This document shows positions 55,084 to 61,736 of a DNA stretch of 64,000 nucleotides, one piece after another. Position 1 is the stretch's first letter. The number at the start of each line of letters is the position of its first letter. A program made the position numbers and the translations under genes. Under the pieces are notes generated by a model that was not told the origin of the DNA, ran no database searches, and worked only from the letters and a program-made list of their open reading frames with translations. The DNA is from Alphaproteobacteria bacterium (GTDB taxonomy: Bacteria > Pseudomonadota > Alphaproteobacteria > Rickettsiales > UBA8987), in contig JAUIFA010000004.1 of the NCBI GenBank assembly GCA_030429625.1, forward strand, positions 205,568-269,567, in the 5' to 3' direction.

Positions 55084-55650
55084 GCCGGAGATGTTGGTAT
55101 CAATGCCTAAGGACGATATTAGTTCATAGTAAAAGAAAAGCGATAAGACAAAAAACACAAACAATATAATTTCATGTTTAAACTGGTGGGAGTGGAAAAA
55201 GCTTCGGTCTTTGTGGTGTAAAACATCCATCAACTCGTCGCCAAAACGGATAGAAAGAAACGTCCCGCCGCAGGAGAGCAAAATAATGCTCCAATAGGGA
55301 TAGGGCTGTGTCAGTACCTTATGCAGAATCTGGGTCAGTAAGGTGGTATCGTAATAGTGAGGCGCGGAAAATAAGGCAAACAGATTCAGCGAGATGGCAA
55401 TAACCCACACACCTATTTCTGAGGCAATCATCCGGATACCAAAAAGCAGACGCAGGGGAAAATCCAGCAGAAATCCGGCATCGGCGATGGGGGTACATAA
55501 AACAAAGAAGCTCCAGCTTAGTGCGGCTGCAAATCCACCTGTAACAATATCGTATTTGTAGCTAAGATAAGCAAAATACCCCACCATAATTGCCAACAGG
55601 ACAACAAATTTTATTAAGACTTGTTTTTTTGGTTTTATGGTAATTTTCAT
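55078..55650 (-). CDS. Hypothetical multi-pass membrane protein
   Basis: 190 aa with about 5 hydrophobic segments. No family recognised. Confidence 0.55.
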   Translation of the reverse strand: MKITIKPKKQVLIKFVVLLAIMVGYFAYLSYKYDIVTGGFAAALSWSFFVLCTPIADAGFLLDFPLRLLFGIRMIASEIGVWVIAISLNLFALFSAPHYYDTTLLTQILHKVLTQPYPYWSIILLSCGGTFLSIRFGDELMDVLHHKDRSFFHSHQFKHEIILFVFFVLSLFFYYELISSLGIDTNISGL

Positions 55651-55666
55651 GGCTTCCTGAGTATGT

Positions 55667-55999
55667 TTGCAATCTGTTGAAAGACTAAGCTATTATATAC
55701 CATTTTACATATTTGTTAAACAGGCTTATACAGAAGTAAATAGTTTTGGGGAAAATATCCTGCATGATCCGGACGAGAAAGCGCATGCGTTTATTGCAAA
55801 TTACCAAAAGCTTGGTTTTATCACCGATGACTCATTGGTTATTTTAAAACCTGGAAAGAATTATGTGCAATACAGAAATGGAAAGAATGTGCCGGAAAAG
55901 CATGTTGATAAAAAGTTGTTGTTAGAAACAATTTCCTACTACAAACATGCGGCGAATTGGAAGGAGCATATATTAAAAATTCCCACTGTGAAGCAGTAA
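55667..55999 (+). CDS. Hypothetical protein (weak call; no in-frame ATG)
   Basis: 110-codon ORF opened only by a TTG, 16 nt from the divergent gene start. There is no ATG anywhere in frame and no SD. It may be shorter, a relic, or not coding. Confidence 0.3.
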   Translation: MQSVERLSYYIPFYIFVKQAYTEVNSFGENILHDPDEKAHAFIANYQKLGFITDDSLVILKPGKNYVQYRNGKNVPEKHVDKKLLLETISYYKHAANWKEHILKIPTVKQ

Positions 56000-56160
56000 C
56001 ATCTTCAGGGGAACAACTAAAAACCACAAACACCACACACCGCGTGAGACACAGAAAATAGGCTAAGATATTGAAATATAACTAGAAGATTATGGTGGGG
56101 CAGTTAATGACTTGATCACCTAGCCATCCGTTTCCCTGATAACCCCTTATTTACAGGGTA

Positions 56161-56190
56161 ATTTTAGAAAATAACAGGGAACGCCCCGTT
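56161..56190 (-). terminator. Possible weak intrinsic terminator after cusA
   Basis: The minus strand reads AACGGGG, loop CGTT, CCCTGTT (7 bp including one G:U), followed by ATTTTCT. The stem abuts the cusA stop codon. Confidence 0.3.
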
Positions 56191-59100
56191 TAGATTTTAT
56201 ACTTTCTTCCTTCCCACAGATAGTAAACCACCGGAATGACGATCAATGTTAACAATGTGGTAGATACCATGCCCCCCACCATCGGCAGAGCAATACGCCG
56301 CATAACATCCGCACCCAGACCCTCGGTTATAAACACCGGCAACAGCCCCACAATAATAACGGACACGGTCATTAATTTTGGCCGCACGCGTAGCACAGCA
56401 CCGTGCATTACCGCCTCAAAGAGTTGTGGAAGGTTATGCGGCGGGTGATAACGCGCTTGCTGGTCGAGATAAATCAGCATAACCACAGCGGTTTCAACCG
56501 CTATTCCTGCCAGTGCAATAAAGCCCACCGCTACCGCCACAGAGAAATTATAGTCTGCTAGATATAACAACCACACACCACCGGTCAGACCGAAAGGCAA
56601 TGACAACATTACCATCAATGTTCTGTCTAAACGTCCGAAATGCAGCACTAGTAGCACGAAGATTATAGCAATAACGGCAGGAATGGCGATGTTCAACCGC
56701 GCACGCGCTTCAACCATTTGCTCAAACTGCCCTGACCAGCCAATGGAATAGCCGGCCGGCAGTTTTACCTTCTCAGCAACCACCCTTTGTGCGTCCTCTA
56801 CATAGCCACCAATATCTCGATCGGCAATGTCCACATAGACCCACCCGTTCAATCTCGCATTCTCTGAGATGATCATTGGCGGGGCTGCTTCCAGTTTGAT
56901 CTCCGCCAGCTCTCCCAATGCTATCTGCTTGCGGTTTAGGGAATATACCAGCAATTTACTTACGTCCTCGATAGTTTCGCGGAAAGGGCGGTCATAACGC
57001 AGCATAATTCCATACCGTTCGCGCCCTTGTACGGATTCTCCCAGTTTCATGCCACCAAGAGCGCTGGCAACAACTTGTTGTAGGTCGCCCATGTCCACCT
57101 GTTCTTGCAGCATGATCTGGCGGTTGGGTTCAATGGTTATGTATTTTGCTCCCTTTACCCTATCGGCAAAGGCGGAACGGGTGCCGGGGATGGCTTTTAC
57201 GACCTGTTCGACTTGCAAAGCGATGTCATTAATACCGGCAAGGTCTGGTCCGGAAATCTTGATACCGATTGGGGTACGGATACCGGTCGTCACCATATCT
57301 ATACGGGTTTTGATGGGGTATCCGAAGGAATTAATTAGACCCGGTATTTTGGTTAGCCTATCCAATTCCTTTATCAGCTTTTGCGTTGTCATCCCCTCCC
57401 GCCATTGTTCTTTTGGTTTGAGGCGAATCCATGTCTCAATCATGGAAATAGGCGCAGGATCAGTGGCTGTATCGGAGCGTCCAGCCTTGCCGAACACAGT
57501 CTCCACCTCCGGTACGGTTTTGATGATACGGTTGGTTGTTTGCAACACTTCTTTGGCCTTGGTAATGGAGACGCCCGGCAGAGTGGTTGGCATGTAAAGC
57601 AGATCGCCTTCATACAGTGCCGGCATAAACTCCGTACCGGTATGTTTTAACGGCCATGCTACACTTAACAACAACACTCCTACGAGCATAAGGGTCGGCC
57701 ATTTTGCTCTAAGTGCCAATGCTAATATTGGTGTATATATGGCGATAAAAAAACGGTTTATCGGGTTTTGATCTTCCCGAAGCATTCGCCCCCGAATTAA
57801 CCACATCATGAGCAATGGAACAACAGTAACGGAAAGAATTGCCGCTGCCGCCATAGAATAGGTCTTCGTATAAGCCAACGGCGAAAACAGCCGTTCAGAT
57901 TGCCCCGTAAGGGCAAATACCGGCATAAATGAGACGGTGATAATGAGTAATGAGAAAAACAGCCCCGGCCCAACCTCTTTGGCGGCCAATAATAATGCCT
58001 GACTTTTCTCAGCAGGTTCGGCATCTTGCCGTAATGTTGATAATTTTCGGTGGGCATTTTCCACCATCACGATACTTGCATCAACCATCGCACCAATGGC
58101 AATGGCAATGCCGCCAAGCGACATAATATTGGCGGTAATTCCCTGCCATGACATGACTATAAAGGCTGCTAGCACACCCAGTGGCAGCGTCACTATGGCA
58201 ACAAAAGACGAACGCACATGTAACAGAAAAATCAGACATACTAGCGAGACAACGATAGCTTCCTCAATGAGCTTATGCGTAAGGTATTGCACCGAACCCT
58301 CGATCAATGGCATGCGGTCATAGACCGGCACAATCTCAACCCCTTCTGGCAGTCCGGGTGTGATGGATTGAATTTTCTTTTTAATCGCCTTGATCACCTC
58401 CAGAGCATTACTCCCCGGACGCATGACGATAATGCCGGCAGGTACCTCCCCTTCACCGTTAAGTTCCGTTACGCCACGGCGCAGTTCTGGCCCTTCAATA
58501 ACACGCGCCACATCTCCAACTGCCGAGGGAATTCCGTATATGCTATGCACCACCAATTTTTCTAAGTCTTCTGCGGTGCCGACATAACCTTTGGTGCGAA
58601 CAATGAATTCCGTCTCTGCCTGCTCGATGGTACGTCCTCCTGATTCTCGGCTGGCATGACGAATCGCCTCAATAATGGTAGTCAGTGGGATACCCCTCTT
58701 ATGGGCTTCTTTAGGATCGACAAGCACCTGATATTCTTTCACGAAACCTCCGACACTTGCCACTTCGGCCACCCCCGGCACTGTGGCCAGCTCGTATTTG
58801 AGGAACCAATCCTGAACAGCGCGCAATTGCGCAAGATCGTGCTTCCCACTCTTATCCACCAATGCGTATTGGTAAACCCAGCCGACTCCCGTTGCGTCTG
58901 GCCCAAGTTGCGCATTGGCACCTTCGGGCAGTGTGGCTTGCACTTTAGATAAGGCCTCTAATACCCGTGAACGTGCCCAGTATAAATCCGTTCCGTCATG
59001 AAAGATAACATAGACAAACGATACACCAAACATAGAATATCCCCGTACTATTTTGGCCTTAGGCACCCCAAGCATGGCCGAAGAAAGCGGATAGGTCACA

Positions 59101-59330
59101 AGATCTTCAACGATTTGTGGTGCTTGCCCGTTAAAATCAGTACGCACGATCACTTGCGTATCAGAAAGATCAGGGATAGCATCCAATGGCATGTGCCGGA
59201 TGGCAAAACTCCCACTTACTAATATTGCCAGCACTAAGATGGAAATCAGCAATGGGTTATGTACCGACCATTCAATGATACGGGCAATGACACTTTGTGT
59301 TGGATCGTGTGGTGCGTTAGTGTCCTGCAT
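56190..59330 (-). CDS. cusA: Heavy-metal efflux RND transporter, CusA/CzcA family
   Basis: The ATG at 59330 is preceded by GGGAGGTGA; the track ORF is 18 codons longer. About 1046 aa with 12-TM RND architecture. [12 protein letters not shown] and [11 protein letters not shown] at the N-terminus are typical of the HME-RND family. Confidence 0.92.
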   Translation of the reverse strand: MQDTNAPHDPTQSVIARIIEWSVHNPLLISILVLAILVSGSFAIRHMPLDAIPDLSDTQVIVRTDFNGQAPQIVEDLVTYPLSSAMLGVPKAKIVRGYSMFGVSFVYVIFHDGTDLYWARSRVLEALSKVQATLPEGANAQLGPDATGVGWVYQYALVDKSGKHDLAQLRAVQDWFLKYELATVPGVAEVASVGGFVKEYQVLVDPKEAHKRGIPLTTIIEAIRHASRESGGRTIEQAETEFIVRTKGYVGTAEDLEKLVVHSIYGIPSAVGDVARVIEGPELRRGVTELNGEGEVPAGIIVMRPGSNALEVIKAIKKKIQSITPGLPEGVEIVPVYDRMPLIEGSVQYLTHKLIEEAIVVSLVCLIFLLHVRSSFVAIVTLPLGVLAAFIVMSWQGITANIMSLGGIAIAIGAMVDASIVMVENAHRKLSTLRQDAEPAEKSQALLLAAKEVGPGLFFSLLIITVSFMPVFALTGQSERLFSPLAYTKTYSMAAAAILSVTVVPLLMMWLIRGRMLREDQNPINRFFIAIYTPILALALRAKWPTLMLVGVLLLSVAWPLKHTGTEFMPALYEGDLLYMPTTLPGVSITKAKEVLQTTNRIIKTVPEVETVFGKAGRSDTATDPAPISMIETWIRLKPKEQWREGMTTQKLIKELDRLTKIPGLINSFGYPIKTRIDMVTTGIRTPIGIKISGPDLAGINDIALQVEQVVKAIPGTRSAFADRVKGAKYITIEPNRQIMLQEQVDMGDLQQVVASALGGMKLGESVQGRERYGIMLRYDRPFRETIEDVSKLLVYSLNRKQIALGELAEIKLEAAPPMIISENARLNGWVYVDIADRDIGGYVEDAQRVVAEKVKLPAGYSIGWSGQFEQMVEARARLNIAIPAVIAIIFVLLVLHFGRLDRTLMVMLSLPFGLTGGVWLLYLADYNFSVAVAVGFIALAGIAVETAVVMLIYLDQQARYHPPHNLPQLFEAVMHGAVLRVRPKLMTVSVIIVGLLPVFITEGLGADVMRRIALPMVGGMVSTTLLTLIVIPVVYYLWEGRKYKI

Positions 59331-59847
59331 GCTCACCTCCCTGAAACTTTTCCAATGCTTCACGCAGATTGGATTCGGCATCAATCATAAACTGGGCCCG
59401 TGTGACAATGTTCTCACCTTCCGTAAGACCGGAAATTATTTGTGTATTGCTATAGGAAATGTTCCCGATGGTAACATCACGACCCTGAAAACGCCCATTG
59501 CCCAGTGCGACGATGACATGGCCGCCTTCACTGCTACGCAGGATGGCAGAATTTGGAATGTACAATATGCCATTCTCCCTGCTTACCGGTTGCGTACGTA
59601 CTCCCATCGTTTGAATCGTACCAGACTCGATGGTGATTATCGGTTTTTCATCCGGTGCTGTTATATTATGATTATGTGCACCAGCATCTATTGGAACCAA
59701 TGTCATGCCGCAAATAGGGCATGTGCCGGGCTTATCCTCTATGATTTGCGGATGCATTGGGCATGTATATTTAACCGCATGCTCTGCGTAAGCGGTCACC
59801 GTGCTGAGCAGCAAAACGGCAATGGTTAAAATAATATGTTTCATCAT
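59317..59847 (-). CDS. cusB: Truncated CusB-like periplasmic adaptor: signal peptide, CPMHP/CPxCGM metal-binding motif and membrane-proximal domain only
   Basis: 176 aa. [26 protein letters not shown], then [19 protein letters not shown] joined directly to [36 protein letters not shown]...[22 protein letters not shown]. These align with the N- and C-terminal ends of E. coli CusB. It overlaps the cusA start by 14 nt. Confidence 0.75.
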   Translation of the reverse strand: MMKHIILTIAVLLLSTVTAYAEHAVKYTCPMHPQIIEDKPGTCPICGMTLVPIDAGAHNHNITAPDEKPIITIESGTIQTMGVRTQPVSRENGILYIPNSAILRSSEGGHVIVALGNGRFQGRDVTIGNISYSNTQIISGLTEGENIVTRAQFMIDAESNLREALEKFQGGEHAGH

Positions 59848-59927
59848 TTCTGTCCTTATAGGTTAACATATGGATGGAACGCCACTGTGCTCCGTATAGC
59901 ATAAGGCTTATACGGACGTGACAAAGC

Positions 59928-59949
59928 AAACTGACGATTTCGTCAGTTT
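59928..59949. promoter_or_regulatory. Perfect 10-2-10 palindrome resembling a CusR/CopR copper box (alternatively a terminator hairpin)
   Basis: AAACTGACGA TT TCGTCAGTTT is centred about 91 nt upstream of the cusB-like ATG and begins 4 nt after the stop of the Cys-rich gene. For comparison, the E. coli CusR box as I recall it is AAAATGACAA NN TTGTCATTTT. Confidence 0.4.
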
Positions 59950-59952
59950 GTT

Positions 59953-60315
59953 TTAGGACAGAATACGGGGAGGTTGTTTATCCGGCATGAGCAGAACAGA
60001 CATGGCCTGCTCGTTATCCAGTATGAATGTTATATTAGTTCCCCCAAAAGTACCAACCTGAACGGTGGTAGGGGCGTAGAAAACAGAGAAAGAGGACATG
60101 CCGCAACGAGCAGAACCATCATCACAGCATTTGTTTTTATTGCCGTCATTCTTATCATGCGACATGCAGTCAGGACAATGGGCACAATCCATCGTTTGCA
60201 TATCGCCGCCCCGTTTCATCGGGCAGGCCGACACATCCGGAGCAATTCCCATTGAAGAGAATACCAACGCAAAAACGATAAACACTGTACTAAGTTTTTT
60301 AAACATAACTTTCAT
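59953..60315 (-). CDS. Hypothetical secreted Cys/Met/His-rich protein (putative metal-binding)
   Basis: From the ATG at 60315 (or 60306) it reads MKVMFKKLSTVFIVFALVFSSMGIA (signal peptide), then ACPMKRGGDMQTMDCAHCPDCMSHDKNDGNKNKCCDDGSARCGM with 7 Cys. It lies upstream of cusB-cusA on the same strand. Confidence 0.55.
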   Translation of the reverse strand: MKVMFKKLSTVFIVFALVFSSMGIAPDVSACPMKRGGDMQTMDCAHCPDCMSHDKNDGNKNKCCDDGSARCGMSSFSVFYAPTTVQVGTFGGTNITFILDNEQAMSVLLMPDKQPPRILS

Positions 60316-60440
60316 TCTGTGGATTCTACAGAATTTTATGGTAAAAGTAAATGACTTCGTCCTGTGAACTATATTTGTTACTAATAATAAAGCTATGGGT
60401 CTAAAGAAAAGCACAACGAGCAGATTAAGTTAAATGTTTT

Positions 60441-60821
60441 CTAAAACAACCCTTTTTCTTTAAAAGCTTTTATTAACTTCTCTTTGGAGAGTTGTTTCGA
60501 AATGAATCCATCCGCTCCAGCCATTTTTGCTAGTGTCTGCCCTTCTTGATCATCGCCAACAGCCGTGTATAAAAAAACAATAATGTTACTGTGCACTTGT
60601 TTGATTAACTCTACCATTTTAACGCCATCCACACCGGGAATATGCCAATCCATTAACACCACACTTATATTATTAATATCTTGTTTTCCGTGTTTTTCAA
60701 AATACATCCCGACTTCAGCAGCACACCTTGCTGTTTCAACATTGAAACCTAATCCTTTGAGTAGGACTGTCGCTTTTGCTCGATTAAAATCAATATCATC
60801 CACAATAAGGCAGGTTTTCAT
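60441..60821 (-). CDS. Single-domain response regulator (CheY-like receiver)
   Basis: The ATG at 60821 follows GGGGAAA; the track start at 60833 lacks an SD. CLIVDDID, VLMDWHIPGVDG and FISKQL. Confidence 0.87.
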   Translation of the reverse strand: MKTCLIVDDIDFNRAKATVLLKGLGFNVETARCAAEVGMYFEKHGKQDINNISVVLMDWHIPGVDGVKMVELIKQVHSNIIVFLYTAVGDDQEGQTLAKMAGADGFISKQLSKEKLIKAFKEKGLF

Positions 60822-60858
60822 ATATTTCCCCATTGTACGGGTGTTGATATAATTTCTA

Positions 60859-61191
60859 TCAATAGATCGCTTCCAGAAAATCTTTTACTTTCTGGTACTC
60901 TGCTTTTATTCCTTCAAGCATGGTTTGTTTCTCCGCTGCAGGAGCATCGTATTTTTCCTGAGCTTCTTTGCACAGCTCCCCAAGTTTATCAGCTCCCAAA
61001 TTAATGGAGGTGCCTTTGAGTGCGTGGGCACTCGTACGAAAACCCTCATTTTCACCATCCACACAGCTGTTTTCCATGCCCACAATGCATTCTTCTGAAG
61101 ACGAAAAGAACTCATCGAATAACATCTTTTCCATCTCAACGTCACCGTCAGTCATTTCTCGAAGGTTGGTTAAATTTACCGGATCACTCAT
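60859..61191 (-). CDS. Hpt-domain histidine phosphotransfer protein
   Basis: 110 aa. Phosphorylatable His in SAHALKGTSINLGADKL. The start overlaps the stop of the upstream RR (TGATG). Confidence 0.85.
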   Translation of the reverse strand: MSDPVNLTNLREMTDGDVEMEKMLFDEFFSSSEECIVGMENSCVDGENEGFRTSAHALKGTSINLGADKLGELCKEAQEKYDAPAAEKQTMLEGIKAEYQKVKDFLEAIY

Positions 61192-61634
61192 CAGCTATTC
61201 TCCTCTTCTTTGGCTGCAATAAACTTATCAATAGATTCGTATATTTTATCTTTTGTATACGGCTTGACCACAAAGCCTTTGGCACCAAATTGGTCTGCCT
61301 TTCTTGCGTCTTCCTGATAAGAATTTGCTGTGACCATTACAATAAAAGCATTTTTGTCCAGTTGTGTCAGTAGCTTTAACACATTATGCCCACTTATTTT
61401 TGGGAGCTCTATGTCTAAGAATACGATATCCGGAGCATTTTTTATGTATTCTGCCAGTGCCTCTTCTCCGGTGGCAACATCAATTACGCTGTAGTTTTTA
61501 GCAAGAAAATTTTTAAGCATCAGGCGGGAAAATTTTTGATCTTCTACTATCAGAATTTGTAGATCATCTCTTCTTTCACGGCTCTTTAATGCTGCTTCAA
61601 ATGTTTCTTTATTAATCTGTGTATTGTCCAACAT
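61191..61634 (-). CDS. Single-domain response regulator with a ~25-aa N-terminal extension
   Basis: ATG at 61634. ILIVEDQ, VFLDIELPKISG and FVVKPY. Confidence 0.85.
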   Translation of the reverse strand: MLDNTQINKETFEAALKSRERRDDLQILIVEDQKFSRLMLKNFLAKNYSVIDVATGEEALAEYIKNAPDIVFLDIELPKISGHNVLKLLTQLDKNAFIVMVTANSYQEDARKADQFGAKGFVVKPYTKDKIYESIDKFIAAKEEENS

Positions 61635-61736
61635 AATTTTACTGCTACAACCTTTAGATGAATTATTACTGGAAGATTGCAAAAAAAAGGTTATACTAAA
61701 AGTTGTTTATATATCCCATACTAGAATAGGCTTAAG

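Noticed and set aside
57049-59829. Plus-strand ORFs of 182 aa (57049-57597) and 212 aa (59191-59829) and several shorter ones
   Set aside because: All are antisense to cusA and the cusB-like gene. Their sequences are low-complexity (Ser/Cys/Arg-rich) with no motifs.
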